A DNA stretch of 63,999 nt, counting the filler, from Circinaria calcarea (Eukaryota), in the NCBI GenBank assembly GCA_051942165.1. It is 8 parts of 8 records of this genome, joined end to end, with 100 filler letters (N's around TTAATTAATTAA, not from the genome) between each part and the next. Parts side by side here need not be neighbours in the genome. Positions count along the whole stretch, not along the records: positions 1 to 7,970 come from JAVECS010001202.1; positions 8,071 to 16,040 come from JAVECS010001203.1; 6 more parts are not named here. One strand, given 5' to 3'. Shown one piece after another: positions 1-11,060 of the stretch. How positions within the stretch are numbered: position 1 is the stretch's first letter; every line of letters begins with the position of its first letter. Below the pieces are notes generated by a model. That model had not been told where the DNA came from. It did not search any database and worked only from the letters and a program-made list of their open reading frames with translations. The position numbers were made by a program, and so were the translations under genes.

Positions 1-1
1 A

Positions 2-760
2 GATCCCGCCAACGATGACACCCCCCGCGCATTCGCCCGCCTCATGGCATTCACCCAGGGCATCAAACCCCGCCCAGGCCTCGACGACGGGATCATAAAG
101 TCCAAGAAGCGAAAGCGACTAGCCGAACCTTCTGAATCCACAGCGCAACCTGCAGACCCTGTCAAAAATCCCAAAATTCCACACATCATGCCCGGTGAGA
201 GGATGTCCGATTTTGCCGCCCGGGTAGACGCCGCATTACCCGTCTCCGGGCTAATTGGAAAAGGTGGAAAAGGACTACCGGGTGTCAAGGCGCCACAGAC
301 GAAGATGGAGAGAAGAATGCAGCGGATGCAGAAGGAGTGGCGGGAGGTCGAAGCGCGGAGGAAGGAGAAACTAGAGGCGGCGATGGAGGAAGCCGAGGAC
401 GAAGACGAAGACCTGAAGATCAGCAGTCGGATACCCAAATCCGTTTCATCCAAAAAGGGTAAAAGGCGAAAAGATAGTGATGACGAAGATCCATGGACCG
501 CAGTAGGGAAACCTCAAAGTGCACAAATTACGTCTGGGGGCTTAGTCGGTCTACACGATGTCGTGCAAGCACCCCCGCAGTTTTCAAAAGTCCCAAAGAA
601 CAAATTTAAGATCCAAAACGGGGCAAAGATCAATGTTCTGGATGTGCCGAGTACGGCGGGGAGTCTGAGGCGGAGGGAGGAGCTAGGCGAGACGAGGAAG
701 AGTGTGGTAGAGGGGTATCGGCAGATGATGAAGGTGAGGAAGGGGAGTGTTGTTGGTTGA
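2..760 (+). CDS. Conserved fungal Lys/Arg-rich coiled-coil protein (CCDC137-like), 5'-truncated at the window edge
   Basis: The frame is open from nt 2 (DPANDDTPRAFARLM...). Motifs DDTPRAFARLM, IMPGERMSDFAARVD and DVVQAPP match a conserved fungal family as I recall it. The ends with SLRRREELGETRKSVVEGYRQMM. Confidence 0.65.
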   Translation, partial: DPANDDTPRAFARLMAFTQGIKPRPGLDDGIIKSKKRKRLAEPSESTAQPADPVKNPKIPHIMPGERMSDFAARVDAALPVSGLIGKGGKGLPGVKAPQTKMERRMQRMQKEWREVEARRKEKLEAAMEEAEDEDEDLKISSRIPKSVSSKKGKRRKDSDDEDPWTAVGKPQSAQITSGGLVGLHDVVQAPPQFSKVPKNKFKIQNGAKINVLDVPSTAGSLRRREELGETRKSVVEGYRQMMKVRKGSVVG

Positions 761-1714
761 GGGTACTTGGACCTATGGAGCCAGGGAAGGAAACTGCAGG
801 GCTGGGATATTCAACGTGAACGATGATGATCCGCATGGTAAAGGTCCCCCTCCCCAACTTTAGTGGCATCCACGGCATGATCTCACTTTTACTCTGAGTA
901 TCCAACACTTGAATCTGGCATTTCGAATGTCTTTGAGCTATGATGTGCAACGTGGTTGAGCCGCGGAACGCCTTATATAGAACAGAACCCACAAATAAAG
1001 TTCCTCTTCCCGCCATTCCCTTCTCTTTCCCCGACCCCCCTCATACTTTCACCATTCTCCTTCTCCTCCATCCACACGTCCTCCCCAGTCTTACCAACCC
1101 TTCCAAGGCCAGCAACTCCCATCCCTAATCCCAATCAACCTTCCCATGGGGGATCCCGTTGTCTGTGTACTTTGGTAGATATTTTATGAAAGGAGTTCAG
1201 TGGAATTGGAGATAATGCATAGTTAATCATTTTTGTGTTCACTTTTGAGCTGTGGAATGGAGAGGAGATTAGGTTGCTGCTGTAGGAAAGAGAGGGGGAA
1301 GAGAAAAGGGAGCAGGGGTGCTGTACGACGGGTGATGTAGGAGTGAAGAATGGGGCAGGGTACGGGGAGAAGGAAGTGGGAGAACCAGAAAGTGTGGCTA
1401 TTACATTGCATATTGGCATAGAGAGGGGGTAAAGGAGAGTCGAGATTGATAAATCAAGTGGGAACTCTGTGATAGCTGGAGTACAGTCATATGTTCAGTT
1501 TTTATTGCGCAAACCAAATTAAAAGAGAAGCGTGGTCTGTAATTCAGATCTCGGTAATACAGGAGGCAAAACTGCTAAGCCTGTCAGACCATCTATTCTA
1601 GCGTGCCAAGTCTCGAACTCTCTTTCAACGACCATCCATCCGTACACGCCTGCTCCAGAAATTGAATCCACAATCCAACATCACCGTTACCATAGCCGGA
1701 GACCTTCTTATATA

Positions 1715-2000
1715 CATAAGGGTTATCTGACAAAGCAAACAATCCGGGGATCTTTATTGCTTGTATCTCTTTTTCTCCGTTCCGGAACCTTCTGCCGGCT
1801 ATCTAGGAATTTTCTCACCAGATATCGCTATTCTTGCATATTTCGCTTTCTTCTCCGCTGCAGTTCTTGTCGCCTCGTCTACGGCCTCTTGTTTCGCCTT
1901 GGATTCCGCCTCTTCGGCTTTCCTCTGCTCCTCGTGACCTGGTCGGCTTACGTCAGCCCCAACACTATCCCCCGGTATATCTCCTTTTGAAAGCTCAGCT
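1715..2000 (-). pseudogene. Array type-A 3' fragment, frameshifted
   Basis: EEQRKAEEAESKAKQEAVDEATRTAAEKKAKYARIAISGEK...IKIPGL aligns with EEQRKAEEAEGKAKQDAADEAIRIAAEKKAEHVKMVMSGEK...IKIPGL. Confidence 0.7.
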
Positions 2001-2649
2001 TTTAAAGCAGGAGGAAAAAGAAAAGCAAATAAAAAGTAAATTGATAGCCTAGTAACCGTCTGCTATTATATATTTATCTGTTTTCTTGTTCTATTTTCAA
2101 CTAAAAATTCCTTTCCATCGCTCGGGTTTGGCGGAGTTCTGCTTATAATCTAGATATACTTCGTTTGGCTAACAGAAGTTCTTTCTTAGTCTTTTCTAGT
2201 TTCTCCACCAATGCCTGGTAATTTTCTGCCATCTCTTTACTGGCCAAGTTGGACGCCTTTCTTAAGTTAACCATGAATTATATCACGGCTACTTGACGTT
2301 CCAAGCTATCTTTCACCACTTTCTGAGCCTCTTTCTCCCCTGGGACTTCCGGGAGCTCACTCCGGAGTAGAAGGATCTAGATATACCCAAAAAAAAATGA
2401 AAGCTTCTAGTTGCAGAAGCGAGTGGAGAGTTCAACAATAGAAGAGGGTGGTTACTTTTGACGCATGCTGGTAAATGCTGCCAAATTCATACCAACGGAA
2501 ACGAAACCTTTAAACGTTCTCTTTCGGTGTCACTTTCCATGGGCGTCCTCCCTTTCGTTTTTTTAAACCGGTGCGCAACAGCAATCTAGTTGCAAAAGGA
2601 GACAAATTTGCTACTCTTTCTTCATCCTGCTCGTTGTCGATCACTGGAT

Positions 2650-3480
2650 GAGCACCGTTGCAAAAGCCAGTTATCTACCCGTCATCAAGCTCATATATAG
2701 GGGGGTTAACACTATTCCAGCTTCCCATCTTTCTTTTCTTCCTTATCTCGTCTGTCATCATCTTGCCTTTGCCTTGAACGCTCCGCTCCCTCTATCTCTT
2801 CTTCCTCCTCGTTATCGTTATCTTCACTTGTTGGACGCGGTGGTTGCGTGAACGGCTGCTTGCCTTTTGCAAGGTCCCGAGCCGTGGGCTTCGGCTTCGT
2901 ATTTTAGGTGGTGGCGGAGGGGGGTTCATCCGGATCCGCGACTGGTATCTGGGCGACTTCCCCTGCGTCGGCATGGGGCCCTTTGCCAAGGACGAATATC
3001 ACACTGTATAAAACTATCATCAGCACTATTCTCTCGTATACATCACACGCATTGTGCGTACTCCTTATACATATACCCTTCTCTTTTGGTCATGTCATGG
3101 TTTGACATGATCACTGCCTCCTACATCAATTTTAACCTCTTCCTAACCCACGCATCCAGTTTTCATCATCAGGGCGTCCCGATCTATAAGGAGCAAGGCC
3201 TTTGTCGCCTTCGACTTGTGAAAGGTTTGGGTGCCTCCTACCCGCTTAGCCGATCTTTCCGTTTTATTCTCCACGTCGTTATTGGTCTGGATTTGGAGAT
3301 TCCAACACGATGGCTTATCCGGAAGGACCTCCGCTGTATGCTAAAGAAAGAATAAGCAGAAAACTAACGGCTAGGGATGTAAGGGACTTACCCTCCGGCT
3401 ATCGACATGATACATCTCCCCCTGCAGCGTAGCAGGCCCCCTTACAAAGCCGTCGAGTCTTATCATATATACAACAACTG
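2650..3480 (-). pseudogene. Array type-A degenerate copy
   Basis: M*EAVIMSNHDMTKREGYMYKE^gtacgc (TAG at 3123-3121, donor at 3061) matches VWEAVAFPHVAAPVPRGYMNNE^gtaagt, with the same phase-2 intron. Boundaries are approximate. Confidence 0.55.
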
Positions 3481-3494
3481 TCTCTGTTTTATCC

Positions 3495-4000
3495 TTAGAA
3501 GAACGATAATCTGAAGAAGCTTCGTTGTTCTTGATGATCGACCCAAGAATATCTAGAGAGCTTTATACCCGTGATATCTATAGACTTTCTCGGACCAGAA
3601 GTTGGATCTGCCAGTAGTTCGCCGTCTTCTTTCGCCGTTCCTTTATCGGCGACCACTGAGAACATTAGCATCCGGAGAACGAGGTTAAAAACCTGGAACG
3701 TACATTTTGTCTTTCGTGAGCACGGTTGCAGCTTCACTGTTCCACGAGGGGCCTCCCTTGGAGCCTGCTCGACTACCTCGTTCTGCGGTTCTATATTGCC
3801 TAGTGAACAAACGTCACGATCCTGTGATGAGGACTGGACAGAACTGTACTGATCGACGGCCTCCAAGCCGACTTTGGTTCTTGCTGTGACGCTCCGAGGT
3901 GTCATCACCTTCATCCATCAGTTGTACAGCCCCTGCTTCGTCGGCATATAGACTTTAGGGTCTTGAACGATGCATCAAGACCCGACATCATAACTTTGTA
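3495..4000 (-). pseudogene. Array type-B copy 2 with an in-frame stop
   Basis: IVQDPKVYMPTKQGLYN*WMKVMTPRSV (TGA at 3920-3918) aligns with IVQDLKVYMPSKQELDDSWMEVITPWSV at about 5790-5710. Confidence 0.6.
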
Positions 4001-4237
4001 AGCTAACGGTATGATCATATAGCTGTGTGGATAGGATTCGTGATGACTCTGCGCCTGGATCTGCAGAATGTAGAAAAAGGGCAAATGTGAATACATATTA
4101 CAAATGCTCTACTTGCTGTTTGTAGGCCCCCAATAACTTCGCGCAAAACGATTAACATCTCATATATAACGAACCCCTGAAGCGAGGAAAGTTTTCAGAG
4201 ATAAATATGTGCTGGTAAGTTATCTTCCGCTTCATCT

Positions 4238-5150
4238 TCAAATCCTTAGGGTGCGCCACCCTATACTCCCAATATGCTTCCGTGTCCGCCACCTTCTCTT
4301 GTCTTCTTCATCCATCTCTAATTGGTAGCCGGTTTTCCTCGGCTTCGAGATCTGGTCTGCGACGTCATCGTCGTCCTTCGTCTGGCCAGAGGCTTCCCCC
4401 CCAGGCTTCTGCCCCGGATCTGCCTTTTTCACCACGGTGCCGCTGAGACAAGAAAAGGGACTGTCAACGTTCGCCAGCTATGAAGTGGGTCTTGCTTGCT
4501 CGGCAAATAGCCACCCAGAAATAGGGCTGCCAACATGCCAGGGCTTGGTGATGTGCACAAACACACCCCGGAGAGCAACCGAGTTCGGTTCATCGATACC
4601 TTGTGGTCGGTATTCGATGAGCAGTGTGCAGAGAGTTGGCGTCGCACTCGAACTCTTCGAGTTCGCCCGCTTGATTTCAAGGTTGGGGTTTTTCGGTTTT
4701 AAGTTAACCTGGACCTGAATGTTCCGAAATGACTTGCCCTGGTGAAGCCTTCAAGAGAGTTATACATACAACTTCTAAGAACAGGCCAAGAACGTGCGGG
4801 ATGCTGACGGCCTCCCATACCTTCCTCGTCACTTGAGCCGAAGAACCATGGAGTGCGAAGCTCGAATTTGAGTTCGCAAAGTGCGGCCGTGAATGCCACC
4901 TTCTGAGGTAAGTGGCACTATACACCCTGCCAAAAGTTTATCATCTGATTATCAGTAAGCTCATATATCTAACGTCTTATTCTTTCATTGCTTAGCCGCC
5001 TTCTTTCTTATTTTAATGCTACTTTGACAGCAATCGCATGTATATTCAACAACCGAAAGCACAGTACTAATACAATAAAGAGGAAGTTTGCTTACCTGTT
5101 TATATCTTGCCATATATGTTTACGTTCTCCTAAGTGTCATCGCTATCACC
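4238..5150 (-). pseudogene. Array type-A degenerate copy
   Basis: HFANSNSSFALH...RKVWEAVSIPHV matches HFANSKPSFAIL...REVWEAVAFPHV of the intact copy. The reading frame is fragmented. Boundaries are approximate. Confidence 0.55.
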
Positions 5151-5409
5151 CGACCTCACAATGATCACGCATGACAGGGGCCTTTAGCTGATAGTTTATC
5201 TCAAAAACAGCTAGCTCATCTAAAGATAGTTATCGCAGCAGATATTTACACACATGGGTATTGTTTCAGACAAAGAAAAGATATGCCAAGAAAAACGTCT
5301 CCCCGTACACACGTATTCCACGCTCACAGTGATTCTCCAAAATTTCAGAATGACAAACTCCGTTGCACGCAAGGTACCCAACCATCATGATATGAGGCGG
5401 ACCCTTTCA

Positions 5410-5885
5410 CGCTGCGTTGTTCTTCTTCTGTATTTTGTCGAAATTCTTCGAATACGCTGCCTTTGTCATCTTCCCGAGTTTCTTGGGCTTTGGTTCCTCG
5501 TCCGAGTCTCTCTCGTGGTTGGCCTTCTTCGTCACCTGCTCCTGTGCCCGTCGTGCCACTTTTTCCCATTCGGCGTATTCCTTTCGGAGGCTTCCACTAC
5601 AGTACTAACGATTGATTAGCATTGGCCAAGGCGAAGTTGCCGTTACGGTGTAAGCAGGGAAGGGCGATATGCGTTTACTCATTGAAACAGGAAACCTTGC
5701 TTCTTGCCCGCCACGCTCCAAGGTGTTATCACCTCCATCCACGAGTCATCTAGCTCCTGCTTCGACGGCATGTAGACTTTTAGGTCTTGGACAATCAAAG
5801 TTGCTACTGTTGGCTCCGAATGCGTGGAGGTTCCTCGCTTCAACCCACTAAGGGCTGCAACAGGACATTGCCAGTTGACTTGCAT
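5410..5885 (-). pseudogene. Array type-B copy 1, apparently frameshifted near the splice donor
   Basis: Reads IVQDLKVYMPSKQELDDSWMEVITPWSVAGKKQGFLFQ*, then a GTAAAC...TAG intron-like segment and a Lys/Glu-rich tail. Paralogous to 3495-4000. Confidence 0.5.
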
Positions 5886-6650
5886 CTGGGTGTTGATCTA
5901 AATCCCCGGTTGACAGGTGGGGTGCTGTCACAAAGGTACGTCAGATCTCGGGGTTAAAATTATAACTGAGATGAGCGGGTGGTTGAGAAACTGAAACTCA
6001 CATTCTGTCGGTCAATCCTTCGATTAACATCATATATATAATGAATGAACGCTTCAGGCGAAGAGAGTTTTTCCAGAGATAAACACATATTATAAGCTAA
6101 AAACCGCAAGTAGGCAAGCGAGTGCCTGCTAGCAGAGGCCATATATCTGTCGAGAAGCCTTTTGGAGTCGAGTGCTCTAGTGTCAAGGTAGCATTGCTGT
6201 TAGTATATTAACAGCCATCACATACTGCAACAGTCTTCAAGTGAGTAAGGGGTCCCCGAAGTTACTTGGCCGTTGCCGATAGTTTCAGCCAACTCCAATA
6301 AATAAAAGCTGAGAATCCAGTAACAGGTTGTTGCAAAATACTGGCACCCGGAATCGCATGTTAGATATAAGCATGTAACCCTTTTTTTTAAAAAAAAAAA
6401 AAAAAAAGAAAAATCCAAAGCATCACCGCATTTTATATATTCCCAATATCTTCACGCATCATCAATTAGGCTTCAGATGAGAATATACGCCGAAGATAAG
6501 CGGCCGTTGGTACAACAGCTATCTCAAGCACGCTAATATGCTGCGAGTGGACATTCTAGATAAAAGAGAGAGGTATATAGAAGAGGAAGTATTTGCCACT
6601 CAATCCCATTATCATATACAGGTAAGCTGTCCAAGAAAGCAAGGGCGTTT

Positions 6651-7660
6651 TTATCCAGTCTGCTCAAGTCCGGGGATCTTTATTGTTTCTTTTCTTTTTT
6701 CCCCATCGCGGAATTTTCTGCCGGCTCCGTAGGAACTTTTTTCCCCAGACATTACCATCTTTACATGTTCCGCCTTCTTTTCCGCCGCGATCCTGATTGC
6801 CTCGTCGGCGGCGTCTTGCTTCGCCTTGCCTTCCGCCTCTTCGGCTTTCCTCTGCTCCTCGCGATCGTAATCTTCAAGGGCGGCCGGTCCCTGCGTGGCC
6901 AAGACTTCCTGCCGGACCGCTTCCTTCTCGGCACGTCTCGTCCGTATTTCCGCCTCTTGTCTTTCCCTTGTGCTCTTTACTTTCTCCCTGGAGGTCATCC
7001 TCCGGACTTTCTGCTTCTTGGCGGCGTCCTCCTTCTGCGCGTTCGTCGACTGTCCCTGTTCGAGCAGGGTGTGGCCATGGGGGCTGCCGCCTCTGACCCA
7101 CGATTCGCTAAATCTGATTTTCAGTGACTGCCCTTCGGGTGCGGTGAACAAAATAGTACCCTACTTACTCGTTGTTCATGTACCCTCTCGGTACAGGTGC
7201 TGCGACGTGGGGGAAGGCGACAGCCTCCCATACCTCTCTCATGAGCTCTGCTCCGGGCTCAGCACCAACTTCTACAAGGAGAATTGCGAAGCTCGGCTTC
7301 GAGTTTGCGAAGTGCCCGCCCTGGCTGCCCGCCTCCTTCCGCTTCCGTTTAGACAAGTGTTGACTCTTCGTCTCCGGATTCAACTGGATCTGAAGATTAT
7401 AACACATAGGCTTCCCCGGCCGCTCGGTGGTTATCTATGCGTGGGACAGGTACCCAGGGGTGATCAGTCCAGGATACAAGGGGGGGGGGAAAGCGACATG
7501 TGTCAATCTGTCCCCCCCGGGCCTTACTTACATTTTGTATATCGATTCGATAATGGTCTCCAGCCGTCACCGAATGATTACCGTTCCAGAAGCCGGTAAT
7601 CTGGTCGTCGGTGAGCTCATGTCGGATGAAGGATTTCAAGGTATTATGTTGCTGAACCAT
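6651..7660 (-). CDS. Orphan protein (type A of the array), 3 exons, about 285 aa, charged coiled-coil C-terminus
   Basis: Exons 7660-7532, 7434-7169 and 7113-6651 join in frame through GTAAGT...TAG and GTAAGT...CAG introns (7531-7435, 7168-7114), merging three separate ORF-track entries. The true start may lie further upstream. Confidence 0.65.
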
Positions 7661-7970
7661 TCGTGGGGCGGAGTGCTGACGTGGTACACTTTTGAACGAT
7701 TAGGTCTGCTTTGGAGGGGTTTGGAGAGGGGGACTATGGTACGCAAGCCGTGTATTGTTCGAGACCGGATGTACTTGAAGGGGACTTTGAAAGGGATAGA
7801 GTGGGTACTGTACTGTTGGTAGGAGGGGGCACTGGATGGTTGGAAGGAGAAATAGAAGAAAAAGTTCTTTTGAATGGTTTCGAAGTGTAAAATGTTAAAA
7901 CTAAAAGGATGTTTTGTTTGGTGGGGATGGGGGTAGGGTGTGGCCCAAATATATAGCCAAAGGATGATGA

Positions 7971-8070
7971 NNNNNNNNNNNNNNNNNNNNNNNNNNNNNN
8001 NNNNNNNNNNNNNNTTAATTAATTAANNNNNNNNNNNNNNNNNNNNNNNNNNNNNNNNNNNNNNNNNNNN
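7971..8070. other. Artificial contig-joining linker (44N-TTAATTAATTAA-44N)
   Basis: Palindromic six-frame stop spacer flanked by N runs. Confidence 0.98.
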
Positions 8071-8905
<835 letters not shown>

Positions 8906-9839
8906 TTCCGCGGGATGGTGTTCAAGTCTTTGAGTATAAAGAGTCCGATTGACTTCAGCCAAGCATTATTGTCGCGGCACAGTCAGACTTCCCTAGTGGT
9001 TCCGGACTATCCTCAAGAGATATTGGTGGCGAATGACTTTAATCGATCAATCGATTCTCTACCTAAAGGCTGAGACACTAGATGGTAAATACGCCTGAAC
9101 ATGCTCAGAGCTACTCAGAATACTTGATTCAGTGTGGCGCTAGGTTGCTAAGCGATAATAGCCCCACCAGTTTTTCACGCTCTGCGCAATAAAGCCTTGG
9201 CACAGCGTATGTAAGATTACCTGTGCGGGGAAGTCTTCGAACCGGCCCCTTTGTATATTGAATGAAAGTTGGGTAGACAGCTGTTTTAACTTCCAAAATA
9301 TCACGAGCGGATCTGAAAATCCCGAGGTCAGTGAGCGAAAGTACACGTTGGCCCCATTGTGGTCCTTGACCCTTTTCGGACAAGTTGCAGCTCGGGAAAC
9401 AAGAATACAAGGCGGGAAGCAAGGCGGGAAGGAAGTCGGAAAGAGCATTTGTCAGGATGAATAATTGTCCACCGTTGCTGCATGGCCCTGCATCGGTCTT
9501 CCCGCGACGCTGATGAGCGGTGTATCCGAAGGAGTCTCCAAACTCGGGATGATTGGTAATAGAGGTGAAAACCACCCCTCCCCAAGGCGGAACGCTTCCT
9601 CACATATTCCCAGCACGGTACTCGATTGGAATGCCAAGGTAGGGGACGAGGAACAGTCCACTGCTCTAGACCCATACGATGGTCTTAATAAGTTACAATC
9701 GGATGTCCTCCACTCACTATATCTACTCCGCCTTTCCTCTTGCTTTTCCTCTCCATCCACCACATAAGTTTTCACTCAAAAGATCTGCGCGGACTCCCAA
9801 GCATACTGCCACACCGAGTAAGACACGCCAGCCTGCACC

Positions 9840-10584
9840 ATGACAAAGGAAATCACTCTCTTCAGCCATGTCCAAGGACCCAACCCTTGGAAGGTGGCCA
9901 TTATCCTAGAAGAACTTGGGCTCCCTTACAAATCCGAGTTCATTGCCAGGGAAGACCACCACACCCCGGTGCTCGAGAAACACAACCCTAACGGCCGGTC
10001 AGCTTTCTTCATGAATAATCCCGTCATCTTCCTCCATGTAGGGAAACCTCTCACTGACTCTCCCTAGTACTCCCGCCATTCATGACCCCAATACCGGCAT
10101 TACCCTGTGGGAGTCGGGTGCCATTATCGAGTACCTAATCGCTGAATACGACAACGAACATAAACTCTCCTTTACTTCCTCCCCGGAAAAGTACCACGCC
10201 CTGCAATACTTGCATTTCCAAACGTCCGGTCAAGGCCCCTATTTCGGCCAGGCAGCCTGGTTTCTCTATGCCCATCCGGAGAAAATTCCTTCGGCCCAAG
10301 ACCGCTATGTCAAAGAAATTGATCGCGTGACGGCGGTGCTGGATGGAATTCTCACTGACAAGGAATACTTAGTGGGCGGAAAATGCAGTTATGCGGATTT
10401 AGCCTTCATTAATTGGTATCAGTTTGTACCGATGGCTGATCAAAAGGCGGCGGAGGAGGGCAAGGAAGGCTTGCAGCTTGAGCAAAAATACCCCCACTAT
10501 GCCAAGTGGATGAAGACAATGTTGGAAAGGCCGGCAGTGAAGAAGGTGATGGCAGACAAAGCGGAGGCTGGTAAGCAGCAGTAG
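9840..10584 (+). CDS. Glutathione S-transferase, Ure2p-like class
   Basis: Motifs GPNPWKVAIILEELG, NPNGR^TPAIHDP, LWESGAIIEYL, QGPYFGQ and YADLAF. Intron at 9998-10067. Confidence 0.93.
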
Positions 10585-11060
10585 GTGATTGTCATTGACG
10601 GCCCGCCTTGCTCTCGGATGGTATTATGAGTTAGACTGTGATGATTTGGTATCCAAATGCTCATCTTCCAAATGTATCGGTGTAAGGGTCTCTCAAATAT
10701 CCTAGATTGGCATTGCGGAGACGAAACCCAGGGGGCACATTGCCAGCATATCTGGATGCCTCTGCTAAGAAAAACATCTTTTAATCCGTTGACGCGGAAG
10801 TGTCGTGGCTATTATCAGACTTTCACTAACGGGGAAATCCCATGAAAGGGGCCCTTGAATCTTTTCCTTAGCTAGAAGAGCGGTCAGATAATATGTTATA
10901 AGGTGGCAAGTGACTTTAAATCGGAACTCACTTCTCCCGCAATGACATCGTGCCTTGAAACTTCTACTCCCATAACTAAAGGTTTGGGCGAGCTCGCATA
11001 GTGTAATATATATATCATTTCTGATGTCTGTTCGAAGGAGCACGTTTATAAGCATATATT

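Larger units (their letters stand above)
1715..7660 (-). repeat. Diverged tandem array of an orphan two-gene module (about 1.7-2.4 kb period)
   Basis: Homologous pairs seen by eye: 1745 vs 6670 (CGGGGATCTTTATTG), 1905 vs 6830 (TTCCGCCTCTTCGGCTTTCCTCTGCTCCTCG), 3945 vs 5770 (TAGACTTT.GGTCTTG), 4150 vs 6020 (CGATTAACATC...CAGAGATAAA). The peptide motif WEAVxxPH/WMEVITPW recurs at about 7210, 5730, 4810, 3910 and 3115. Confidence 0.8.

Noticed and set aside
6895..7822. Plus-strand 234-aa and 131-aa ORFs
   Set aside because: Antisense shadows of the spliced minus-strand gene; splice signals and paralog conservation are on the minus strand.
8015..8026. Regularly spaced TTAATTAATTAA palindromes every ~8 kb as a biological repeat or CRISPR-like array
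   Set aside because: Each is embedded in exactly 44+44 Ns; it is a six-frame-stop assembly spacer.
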